This document shows, one piece after another, positions 26,728-35,012 of a stretch of 37,156 nucleotides of DNA. The position numbers and the translations under genes are program-made. Origin of the DNA: a virus; IMG/VR virus record IMGVR_UViG_3300005077_000051, positions 1-37,156 of that record, one strand, 5' to 3'. Each line of letters opens with the position of its first letter. The first letter of the stretch is position 1. The notes below the pieces were generated by a model. The model made no database searches. It was not told where the DNA came from and saw only the letters and a list, made by a program, of their open reading frames with translations.

Positions 26728-27063
26728 ATGAATAGCGATGAGCTTATATTACAATATGCAAAAATAAAATTGTCACTCAAAGAAAATAAAAAAGCTTTCG
26801 GTGTTATTGAGGATTGTTTGGATGATAATATTGCTGGTTATAGCGACTGCATAGGTATAGCAATTAGCGAAAGCAGGGAGAATGATAATTATCTCGGCAG
26901 TTTTAGTGATATTAATACTAGTAATTTTTGCAAAAATTGCGAAAAGAAGTTTGAATTGATAGTTGAAAAAAGGCGATTAAAAAAGTTGCTTGGTTATACG
27001 TCTATGATAATCACTAAGGCAGGTATAAAAAAGCTTGAGCAAAAAAATAAACAAGAGAGATAA
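26728..27063 (+). CDS. Hypothetical protein (four Cys, possible Zn site)
   Basis: 111 aa with RBS aaaggtgg. Contains FCKNCEKK plus two upstream Cys. Confidence 0.5.
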   Translation: MNSDELILQYAKIKLSLKENKKAFGVIEDCLDDNIAGYSDCIGIAISESRENDNYLGSFSDINTSNFCKNCEKKFELIVEKRRLKKLLGYTSMIITKAGIKKLEQKNKQER

Positions 27064-27420
27064 ATGAATTACAATAAAATAGCAAAAGAAAAGCTTTTAT
27101 ATGCGTTTGAAAAAGCAATCAACGAACAAAAAGAGATAGTGCATAATTTGCAATATGCGTTTGACCATGACCCCAGAATGGAAGTTTTAAAAATAGAAAA
27201 CGAATTTGCAGAATTATTAAAAATATATACGGGAAAAGGCAGATTAGAAAAGGACTACAGCGACAAGGTTCAAGAGTTGAGCAAGAGACAAAACGAATGG
27301 CGCAAAAAGATTGACGGCTACTATTTTGTGGGAATAAGCAACAAGCTTGCAGAAGAACAACTATTGCTATCCTCTATGCAGACAGAGATTCGTTTTTTTA
27401 AATGGCTATTAGGCTTGTAA
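27064..27420 (+). CDS. Hypothetical protein
   Basis: 118 aa. The start abuts the upstream stop (taaATG). Confidence 0.5.
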   Translation: MNYNKIAKEKLLYAFEKAINEQKEIVHNLQYAFDHDPRMEVLKIENEFAELLKIYTGKGRLEKDYSDKVQELSKRQNEWRKKIDGYYFVGISNKLAEEQLLLSSMQTEIRFFKWLLGL

Positions 27421-27513
27421 GACGCAGGAAAATGAATAATGAACAAAAAAATATTTACAACAGTTTGTGGCGAAAGAATTAGAAAGTTTGCTATATAGTA
27501 GGAGAGGTAGCAA

Positions 27514-27684
27514 ATGAAACAAGCTATTAATGAAATACATAACAAGAAGTTGCTAATTGAGGTGAGCAGTGAAACAGTTGGCAATATAGAAATAACTACA
27601 ATATTGGGCTATGATGAAAAAACTCAAACGTGGTATTTGCTGAATGAAATAATTGAAGAGATAGAAAATAAAATGGAAAAATAA
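27514..27684 (+). CDS. Hypothetical small protein
   Basis: 56-aa ORF below the track cutoff, with RBS ggagagg 7 nt upstream. Confidence 0.45.
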   Translation: MKQAINEIHNKKLLIEVSSETVGNIEITTILGYDEKTQTWYLLNEIIEEIENKMEK

Positions 27685-27685
27685 G

Positions 27686-28018
27686 ATGAGTAAATACATA
27701 CCATGTGAAACATGTGAACCATGTGAACTATGTGGCACGCCTTGCACTGTAGAAGAAAATAAAAAACACATACCGAAGTTGCATTTTAGCAATGATCTGA
27801 ATAAAAAGATTGAGATATTTTTAAAAAATAAAAAATATACCCCAATTGATGCAGGCAAAGCAGGGGAAATTGTTCGGGATAATATTGAGATGAAAAAGAA
27901 GATTAGCAAATTAAAAAAAGCTTTGCTTGAAATAGACCATTATATTGATTCTACGTCAACCCGTGATGACCATATAAACGGAATTATTAAAATGGTGTCA
28001 AAGGAGCTAGAAGAATGA
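27686..28018 (+). CDS. Hypothetical protein with an N-terminal CxxC-repeat knuckle
   Basis: The N-terminus contains PCETCEPCELCGTPC. The C-terminal part is a coiled coil. Confidence 0.5.
   Translation: MSKYIPCETCEPCELCGTPCTVEENKKHIPKLHFSNDLNKKIEIFLKNKKYTPIDAGKAGEIVRDNIEMKKKISKLKKALLEIDHYIDSTSTRDDHINGIIKMVSKELEE
27702..27737 (+). repeat. Tandem 9-bp repeat CATGTGAAM x3 plus a degenerate fourth copy
   Basis: The units are catgtgaaa, catgtgaac, catgtgaac, tatgtggca. They encode the CxxC repeats. Confidence 0.8.
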
Positions 28019-28395
28019 AACCACTTAGAATAATAGCAAAAATTTTATTACTACCATTTACAATTGCCTACTTGTTTACTTTTAGTTTATGGGTAATGCC
28101 ATTGATTTATGGTAAGCGGAAATGGGGATTGCCACTGTATGTAATTTGTTGGGTAACTTATTGGTGCTTGTCTCCTATTACCTTAATACCTTTTTTCGGC
28201 AAGCACATGGGAAAATTAAATAATTGTGCAAATTGGGCGATGGGATATTCGATCGACGAGACTGTTTCACATCGCACAGGGTGCAGAGTTAATTTAGGGA
28301 TTGCCTCTTGGGTTGAGGTGTTCCATTTGCGCTTATTTGCGACATACGATAAATCTGGATGGCATGGCAGCAAGCTTTGTAAGGGCATTATATGA
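28015..28395 (+). CDS. Membrane protein (2-3 TM segments)
   Basis: ILLLPFTIAYLFTFSLWVMPLIY and LPLYVICWVTYWCLSPITLIPFF are hydrophobic segments. Confidence 0.5.
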   Translation: MKPLRIIAKILLLPFTIAYLFTFSLWVMPLIYGKRKWGLPLYVICWVTYWCLSPITLIPFFGKHMGKLNNCANWAMGYSIDETVSHRTGCRVNLGIASWVEVFHLRLFATYDKSGWHGSKLCKGII

Positions 28396-28469
28396 TTGTT
28401 AAAATTGGCTCAATGGTCTTATTTGTAGTGATAGTAATGGTAATTTTTGATTATATAGGGATTAATTAA
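28392..28469 (+). CDS. 25-aa hydrophobic micropeptide candidate
   Basis: MIVKIGSMVLFVVIVMVIFDYIGIN. ATGA-coupled to the upstream gene, and its stop abuts the next ATG. Confidence 0.3.
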   Translation: MIVKIGSMVLFVVIVMVIFDYIGIN

Positions 28470-28694
28470 ATGGAAAAGAGCGAAGTTGTAGAATGTTCGG
28501 CAATCGAAGCGATACGGTTAATGACTGTGATGTTTGACCCAGATAAAACAAAAGGTCTTGTTGCGAGACTAGCAATAGTAAATTTGTTGGCACGTTATAT
28601 TATAGGCAACGCAGATAAAGACTTTGTGGAAAAGCAATTGTTGTTAGTTGGCATAAAACTATCCCAAAGTAACAAAATAAATTTGACAGATTAA
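28470..28694 (+). CDS. Hypothetical protein
   Basis: 74 aa. Last gene before the terminator. Confidence 0.5.
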   Translation: MEKSEVVECSAIEAIRLMTVMFDPDKTKGLVARLAIVNLLARYIIGNADKDFVEKQLLLVGIKLSQSNKINLTD

Positions 28695-28744
28695 AGCAAA
28701 CGACATAATTTAATATTCCTTGGTTGATAGGGTTTTCAAAATTT

Positions 28745-28771
28745 GGGCGGTTTTATATCGCCCATTTTTTT
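28745..28771 (+). terminator. Rho-independent terminator at the end of the early-right block
   Basis: GGGCG (28745-28749) pairs with CGCCC (28759-28763) and is followed by A plus a run of seven T. Confidence 0.55.
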
Positions 28772-28787
28772 ACCAGAAGGCAAATAG

Positions 28788-29042
28788 ATGTTAAATTGCA
28801 CAGCTTGCGGGATCCCAACAAGGATAAAACATCACGTTAAACACAGAGGGGCAGGAGGAGGAGACGAGGAATCAAATCTAATGCCACTATGCTTCCAATG
28901 CCATACAGAAGTGCATATGGTTGGTATGCTCAAGTTTAGCTCAAGAAATCTTAAGGTTGCATCTTGGCTTGAAAAGAATGGTTGGAAATATGACGAGGTT
29001 TTGAACAGATGGTCGAGAAATGAGGTTGTCGAGATATTTTAA
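28788..29042 (+). CDS. HNH endonuclease (packaging-associated type)
   Basis: KHHVKHRGAGGGDEESNLMPLCFQCHTEVH is an HNH core. It lies upstream of the terminase genes. Confidence 0.85.
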   Translation: MLNCTACGIPTRIKHHVKHRGAGGGDEESNLMPLCFQCHTEVHMVGMLKFSSRNLKVASWLEKNGWKYDEVLNRWSRNEVVEIF

Positions 29043-29051
29043 TCTTCCCCA

Positions 29052-29093
29052 TTTGCTCTTGCCATTAGAAAATATTCTAATGGCAAGAGCAAA
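29052..29093 (+). promoter_or_regulatory. Perfect 19-bp-stem / 4-nt-loop hairpin (inverted repeat)
   Basis: TTTGCTCTTGCCATTAGAA - AATA - TTCTAATGGCAAGAGCAAA. The 3' arm contains ATG 29081. Confidence 0.9.
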
Positions 29094-29358
29094 ATCAATT
29101 CCAAGAGACAAAAACAAGCGAAAAGAATTTTTAGATAAGGTTTGTCAAATATTAGTTAAATATAATGGCTCAAGGGCAAGGACTGCCGAGGAACTGGGAT
29201 TGTCTGCTAGATGCCTGCGGAATTACATCAACATGCTGGACGAAAAAATTGAATCTAAACACGCTGTAACAAATTTTTCATGTTCTTGTTTTCCGACAAA
29301 CGAGGAGAGATTGGCACATAGTGATTATCCAAATGGCAAAAGGAATTATACAGAATAA
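29081..29358 (+). CDS. Fis-type HTH DNA-binding protein (alternative start 29020)
   Basis: GSRARTAEELGLSARCLRNYINML is a Fis/NtrC-type HTH. The start codon lies inside the hairpin. Confidence 0.5.
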
Positions 29359-29398
29359 TCTAATGGACAAAAAATAAAGCAATTGATATTATTAAAAT

Positions 29399-29605
29399 AT
29401 GGCAGCACGAAAAATACTCCAAAATGAACAATTACAAAAGGTTATACGGGTAAACATAAGCATAACTAAAGACCAAAAAGAGGCATTAAAAAAGCTCTCC
29501 AAAAAGGGTTATGTCTCTCACGGTATTCTAATTGCATTGAAAGAATGCATCCAATATAGAAAGGAAAAAATAGCATTACAAAGGCTAAGAAATGAGCAAA
29601 TTTGA
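29399..29605 (+). CDS. Ribbon-helix-helix (CopG/Arc-like) protein candidate
   Basis: RVNISITKDQKEALKKLSKKGYVSHGILIALKECI has a strand-helix-helix pattern. Overlaps the terS start. Confidence 0.4.
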   Translation: MAARKILQNEQLQKVIRVNISITKDQKEALKKLSKKGYVSHGILIALKECIQYRKEKIALQRLRNEQI

Positions 29606-30209
29606 CCTAAATCTTGACGATATAGACGATATTGCAAACATTCCAGACGAAGAAATTCTCAATATGAGAACCGAGGCAACTTTTGACGGCTTAACGTCAG
29701 CAATGCGAGAAATACTCGATATTTACTATGATAATGACTGCGCAGGATACCCAGAGGTAGCACGAAAAGTCGGGTGTACACGTGAGTATGTTTACGATGT
29801 AGTTAAGAGCAAAATAGGGCGAGAATACATCAGTTATAGAATGGAGCAAGATTCATACGGCAAAATATCAAAAAGTAGAATAATCCAAGAATATAAAAAT
29901 CTTGCTTTCGTCAATTTTGACGATTTTTATGAAACTAAAATCGACGAAGAAACAGGCGAACAGGTTCAGGCACCAATTAATTTCTCAAAACTAACAAGGC
30001 GAGAGCGAAGACGCATTAGAGCTGCCGGAAATATCACTAGCGGCATGTTTGGCGATCAGGTAAGGGTTGATATGAGGGCAAAGGTAGACGCTCTCAATAA
30101 ACTTATGGACATTGCCAAAGCTATTTCACCAGATACGCCACAAAATGACACAAATAAGAGCATATTAGACAGGATAAAAAGGCTTTCTGGTCTAAAAAAG
30201 GATAAATAG
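29592..30209 (+). CDS. terS: Terminase small subunit
   Basis: 205 aa. HTH-like VARKVGCTREYVYDVV plus IIQEYKNLAFVNFDDFYE, typical of P27-type TerS. Lies upstream of terL. Confidence 0.55.
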   Translation: MSKFDLNLDDIDDIANIPDEEILNMRTEATFDGLTSAMREILDIYYDNDCAGYPEVARKVGCTREYVYDVVKSKIGREYISYRMEQDSYGKISKSRIIQEYKNLAFVNFDDFYETKIDEETGEQVQAPINFSKLTRRERRRIRAAGNITSGMFGDQVRVDMRAKVDALNKLMDIAKAISPDTPQNDTNKSILDRIKRLSGLKKDK

Positions 30210-30210
30210 C

Positions 30211-30471
30211 ATGATGGTATTTAGCAGGGTTGATAAAACAGGTTTGATTTTGTCGGATATACAGGGAAGACCTATTGCATGTGTGTTTCTCCGCAAAGAA
30301 GGATGTAAGCAATCAAAGCTATATGTTTATGCACGCAAAGAAATAAAAATAGATAGGTCTGAAAATTGGTGCAATTTGAATTTTAATTACCCAATTAAAG
30401 GGGTTGAGCTTTTAAGCAACGGTCAGTTTGAAAAGCTTGTTAGTAGAATAATTGATGAAATTAATCGATAA
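30211..30471 (+). CDS. Hypothetical protein
   Basis: 86 aa between terS and terL. Overlaps the terL start by 20 nt. Confidence 0.45.
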   Translation: MMVFSRVDKTGLILSDIQGRPIACVFLRKEGCKQSKLYVYARKEIKIDRSENWCNLNFNYPIKGVELLSNGQFEKLVSRIIDEINR

Positions 30472-32191
30472 TTGGTCGAAAGAAGACCTTGAATTAATAA
30501 GTTTATTTGAAAATCTTGAACCAGAGATATTTAAAGAAGTTTATGAAGAGCTAGAAGATGAAATCAAAAGAAGTTTGCAAAGTAATGGCAATAGAGTTGA
30601 TGCTCTCAGAGAACAGCAGAAAAAGATTTTATTTTATCGATGCGCTACAGACATTGAGTTATTTGCTCTTACGTTTTTCTCGCATTATATCGTCAGCGAA
30701 TTTAACGCTTTCCATTTGGACGCTTTCAAAAGCTATAAGTTTGGTGAGCGTGATGTACGGCGTGCCGATTGTGCCCCTAGAGGCTTCGCTAAATCAACAA
30801 TCAAAGCAGTTATTAAACCAATACACGACATTTGCTATAGATTGGAGCGATTTATTGTTGTGGTATCTAATACCAAGCCGCAAGCAATTGCAAAGCTTAA
30901 AGATATTAAAACCGAGTTGCAAAACAATGATCTTCTTATTGATATTTATGGCACCTTTTTTAAGGGCAGAGTTGCAGGCACGGAAGATTTTGTCTGCCAT
31001 TCGGGAGAAATTGATATTAGGGTTCTTGCGGTCGGGTCGGGAACTGAAATTCGGGGGGCGAGGTATAAAAATTTTAGACCTAGTAAAATTATATGTGATG
31101 ACGTTGAACATTCTAGTCATGTTGAGAGTGAAGAACAGCGTGAAAAAATGGAATCTTGGTTCAAAGAGGTTATATCAAAGATTGGTAACAAGCACACCAA
31201 TATTGAATTTGTTGGCACTGTTATTCACCAGAAATCTTTACTCAAATATTTGCTTAACAATCCAAGATATGAATCAAGAGAGTACAAAGCTATCATATCA
31301 TGGTCTAAAAGAAGTGATTTATGGGAGCAATGGACTGCCATATATACTAATCTTGACGACGAAGGACGGAAACAACGAGCCAAAGATTTTTTCGAGTTAA
31401 ATAAAAATGAAATGCTAGAGGGCACAGAAGTTTTATGGCCGTCAAACAAAGACTACTATTCCTTACAAGAAGAGATTATAGAAATTGGGATGCGTTCTTT
31501 TCAAAAAGAGATGCAAAACAATCCACTGTCGGACGACGAAAGACCTTTTTCCCAAGACAATACTAGCTGGTGCGAATTGGTTGAAGATGGAGTTAAAATT
31601 GTTAAAACTGGCAAGATATTGCCTTTTTCGGTGTTGACTCCACTTGGAGTAATAGACCCTGCTACGGGGCAAACAAAACCAACGGCGAAAAAGAAAGCAG
31701 ATTATACATGTATTCTATCATGTTACTATCACCCATCAAGTAACAGACTTTTTGTTGTTAGCGATTATACTAAAAGGGTTTCTCCTTCTGCCTATATAAG
31801 CGCAATTTTTGATTTACATGACAAATTTGGCTATTTTAATTTCGGGGTTGAGTATAATCTTTATCGTGAACTATTGATGGAAAACATCAGGAAAGAGCAA
31901 GAAAAAAGATATACGGGAATAAACGAGGACGAAAAGGAAAGCAAAAAGGTTAATTTCTACGAGATAACCCAGACCGAGAACAAACATAAGCGTATCTATA
32001 CAATAGAGCCTAAGGTTTATCATGGGAACATATTGCTATCAAAAGACCTTTCTCCTGAATTTTTCAGCCAGCTTTGGGATTTCCCATTTTCTACGCACGA
32101 CGATTGCTGTGATGCGCTAGAAATGGCGTGGAATTTGGCAACTGGTAAATATTCCCTTGGCGGAGTCAAGGCAAGACCAAGATTAACTTGA
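30452..32191 (+). CDS. terL: Terminase large subunit
   Basis: Walker A-like APRGFAKST and Walker B IICDDVEH, with a C-terminal nuclease region (DPA...HDDCCDALEMA). 579 aa. Confidence 0.9.
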   Translation: MMKLIDNWSKEDLELISLFENLEPEIFKEVYEELEDEIKRSLQSNGNRVDALREQQKKILFYRCATDIELFALTFFSHYIVSEFNAFHLDAFKSYKFGERDVRRADCAPRGFAKSTIKAVIKPIHDICYRLERFIVVVSNTKPQAIAKLKDIKTELQNNDLLIDIYGTFFKGRVAGTEDFVCHSGEIDIRVLAVGSGTEIRGARYKNFRPSKIICDDVEHSSHVESEEQREKMESWFKEVISKIGNKHTNIEFVGTVIHQKSLLKYLLNNPRYESREYKAIISWSKRSDLWEQWTAIYTNLDDEGRKQRAKDFFELNKNEMLEGTEVLWPSNKDYYSLQEEIIEIGMRSFQKEMQNNPLSDDERPFSQDNTSWCELVEDGVKIVKTGKILPFSVLTPLGVIDPATGQTKPTAKKKADYTCILSCYYHPSSNRLFVVSDYTKRVSPSAYISAIFDLHDKFGYFNFGVEYNLYRELLMENIRKEQEKRYTGINEDEKESKKVNFYEITQTENKHKRIYTIEPKVYHGNILLSKDLSPEFFSQLWDFPFSTHDDCCDALEMAWNLATGKYSLGGVKARPRLT

Positions 32192-32244
32192 TTGTTTTAT
32201 TTGTTGACATTTAATAGTATTATTTAAGTTGCGAGGTAATATCA

Positions 32245-33728
32245 TGGGTTTAATCGAAAACGGAAAAATAGCTTTAAGAAATAGGTCGAAAACACGTGCC
32301 AATAATATCCTTGGTGTTATTGCATCCGAGGGAATTAAAAAGCCGCAAAAATATAGAAAAAATTTTTTAAATAAAATAGATAAATATTATAAATCAGAGC
32401 AATACGATCATTTGATGACGTGGGAAGAATGGCAAAATGGCGACGATGCGATATCTTCAAGAAATGCGCAGCCAAAGGTTGTCTATCCATTTCTGAAAGT
32501 ATTATGTGACAGAATTTCATCGAAACTAATCGGTCAAAGCACCTACCCAGATTTGACAGTCACAGAAGACCCAGAGCTGCAATATTTTGCCGAACTAGTC
32601 GAAAGGGGAATGATGCTTAAAAGTAAGGTGCAGTCAGCTCTTAAGAAATTTCCAATAGTAGGCTCATGTTTTATTAGGTCAAAAGTTATTAATGGAAAAC
32701 CTGAAATCGAAAGATATGATTCAAAATTTTGCTATCCTGTTTTTGACGAAGCAAATGAATTAACTGAAGTAACAATCAAATTTATATTTGAAGACGAAAA
32801 CGATCTTGATAATAAAGGAAAGGCTAAAACAAAATGGAGCAAGACCTTATTAGGACAAATGCAAGATATTCTCTATGACAATCCTCTTTATGAGGCAAGC
32901 GTTGAGCCAAATTTCCAAGAAATAGAAAGAATTGATCATCAGCTCGGCTTTGTCCAGGGTGTTTGGTTTAGAACATCCTTCGAGAAAAACACACCAGACG
33001 GAGAAACATTTGTTGATGAGGCTTTTTTATCATTCATTGACGAATTTAATTATAATCTTTCAAAATCTGCAAACGCTTGCGAATATGGCACAGACCCACA
33101 GCTTATTTTGTCTGGGATGACTCAAGACGAAGTTGACGAGTTGATAAAATCAACCTCAAAAGCATGGTCGTTAGGGCGTGAAGGTTCAGCGACATTTTTA
33201 GAAGCTGGTCAATCTGGTTTATCATCATCAAATGACTTTCGAGATAAACATCTACACAAAAACATAACAGACATAGCACGCATAATTTTATTAGACCCTG
33301 AAAAGATTGTTGGAAGCGCACAATCTGCAAAAGCAATGGAAGTTCTACACGGCCCGATGGTAGACTTTATTAATGAATTAAGACCAATGGTTGAAGCTGG
33401 GTTGCTAGAGCTATATAAGAAGATTCTTGGCACATTAATCATAATGAATAAGCGAGGATTTGAGCTTTATATCAATATGCCGCCACAGTATGAGCCAAAA
33501 TCTTTTGATTTGACATTCTCATGGCCGCCTATCTTCCCAATGACTACGCAAGACAAGCAACAAATTATAAGCTCCATCATGCAGATGGTTACTGGTAATT
33601 TAATAAGTAGAGAGACAGCGTTAAAATGGATTATGAGCATGATACCAGATATCCCAGTTGAGGATATTGCTCTTGAGGTTCAAAAGGTAAATACTCAACA
33701 GCAGTTCGGGTGGCAGGGCGGTTTTTAG
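32245..33728 (+). CDS. Portal protein
   Basis: ATG 32245 follows gaggt (the track TTG start at 32229 is rejected). 494 aa, directly after terL. Confidence 0.75.
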
Positions 33729-33784
33729 ATGATTGCATCGAAAACATTTAAAAATTGCTATCAGAATCTAGGAAGGTCAGACAA

Positions 33785-34081
33785 ATGAAATTACCAAAAG
33801 TATTAAACATAGGCTCAAGAGCGTACAAAGTTATCGAAGTTGATAAATTGCTTGATGACAGTAATGCGGTTGGAAGGATTAACTATCACACAATGGTTAT
33901 AGAGATACACGACAAAAAAGGGTGTTATTCTGATCATTTTTTGATGGAAACAATAGCGCATGAATTTGCTCATGGGTATTTTAATCAGCATCATTCAGAC
34001 CTTAACACAGAAAAAAATTGTGATATTTTTGCCGATATGTTTATGCTATTAACCAAAAACTTAAAATCAACAAAGAGGTAA
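33785..34081 (+). CDS. Mini HExxH zinc-metallopeptidase-like protein
   Basis: ATG 33785 follows aggaagg. 98 aa. HEFAHGYFNQH has HExxHxxxxxH spacing. Confidence 0.5.
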   Translation: MKLPKVLNIGSRAYKVIEVDKLLDDSNAVGRINYHTMVIEIHDKKGCYSDHFLMETIAHEFAHGYFNQHHSDLNTEKNCDIFADMFMLLTKNLKSTKR

Positions 34082-34084
34082 TAA

Positions 34085-34204
34085 GTGCCAAAAAAACTAG
34101 AAAGATGCGTGAAAGATGTAGAAAATAAAGGTAAGAGCAAGTCAAGCTCTTATGCTATTTGTATAGCTTCAATCAAAAAAGGGAAAAAGAAAAACAATAA
34201 GTAA
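34085..34204 (+). CDS. 39-aa Lys-rich peptide (GTG start)
   Basis: RBS agagg. The product PKKLERCVKDVENKGKSKSSSYAICIASIKKGKKKNNK resembles a small conserved phage head-module peptide (CV..V...G....YAIC), by recollection. Confidence 0.4.
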   Translation: MPKKLERCVKDVENKGKSKSSSYAICIASIKKGKKKNNK

Positions 34205-34224
34205 AAATACAAAGGTAAAAATAC

Positions 34225-34449
34225 ATGAGCAAAATAAATTTTTTAAAAAAGCTTGGAAAATATGGCGCAGTAGGTGGTATTGGTGGGGCATTTTCTTCCG
34301 GTTATACATCGGCAGCACACACCAGATCAGAAGATACTAAAAAAGGGTTGTTTGTTGGTGCTATGGCAGGGTTGGCAGCAGCTACGATGCCAAAATATAT
34401 TTTTAGAAAAATTAAAGGCAGAATAATTAAAATAAAAGTGAGGACATAA
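34225..34449 (+). CDS. Basic glycine-zipper protein
   Basis: 74 aa. Contains GAVGGIGGAFSSG and GLFVGAMAGLAAA, with the tail RKIKGRIIKIKVRT. Confidence 0.5.
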   Translation: MSKINFLKKLGKYGAVGGIGGAFSSGYTSAAHTRSEDTKKGLFVGAMAGLAAATMPKYIFRKIKGRIIKIKVRT

Positions 34450-35009
34450 TGGAAACAAAGAAAATTAAATTTATAAGGAAAAACGGTAGGGTTATTCCTA
34501 TTTTTTCAAAAGAAGACAAAACAAATATTAAAAAAGGCGTTGCTGGTGTTGCTGGTGGTGTCATTTCTGCCGAGGTTTCAGGCAGGATACTAAGCAAGCA
34601 AATTAAAATAGGAAGGAAAGAAAACAGAATAGCTTCAATGCTAACCAACAAAGCTGAAAAATTTGCAGTAAAAGGTAATTTTGGCAAACAATTTGACAAT
34701 TTGCTTAATAAATCAAATAGACTGGCAAGAAGTGCAACAATGAGATCACAAAAAACGGTGTTGTTTTCTAAAAGGTCTAACATATTATCAAGTGCATTGA
34801 TCGGTTACGGTGCTACTAAAATATCATCAGGGTTTGGAGCAGACGAGTCAACTGCTGGGATAGTTGGGGGAGCTGTCGGATTTGGGGCGGCTACAATAAC
34901 AGCAGGCGCTTTTAATAAAGGACTAAAGGGGATAAAAAGATCAAAAACATATTTTAAATTAGCCAAAAGAGGGGCATTAAAACTAATTAAAAGGGCAATT
35001 TTAAAATAA
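34449..35009 (+). CDS. Very basic glycine-zipper protein
   Basis: 186 aa. The start overlaps the upstream stop (taATGg). Contains IRKNGRVIPIF, GVAGVAGGVISAEVSG and GIVGGAVGFGAATITAGAF. Confidence 0.5.
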   Translation: METKKIKFIRKNGRVIPIFSKEDKTNIKKGVAGVAGGVISAEVSGRILSKQIKIGRKENRIASMLTNKAEKFAVKGNFGKQFDNLLNKSNRLARSATMRSQKTVLFSKRSNILSSALIGYGATKISSGFGADESTAGIVGGAVGFGAATITAGAFNKGLKGIKRSKTYFKLAKRGALKLIKRAILK

Positions 35010-35012
35010 TAT

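Noticed and set aside
32192-32244. TTGACA hexamer upstream of the portal gene as a late promoter
   Set aside because: No acceptable -10 lies at 16-18 nt spacing, so it is likely a chance match inside a co-transcribed late operon.
34427-34783. 118-aa minus-strand ORF opposite the basic glycine-zipper gene, and similar shadows (27553..27909, 11334..11666, 30794..31120)
   Set aside because: They are antisense to well-supported, coupled plus-strand genes. They have no RBS and low-complexity hydrophobic products.
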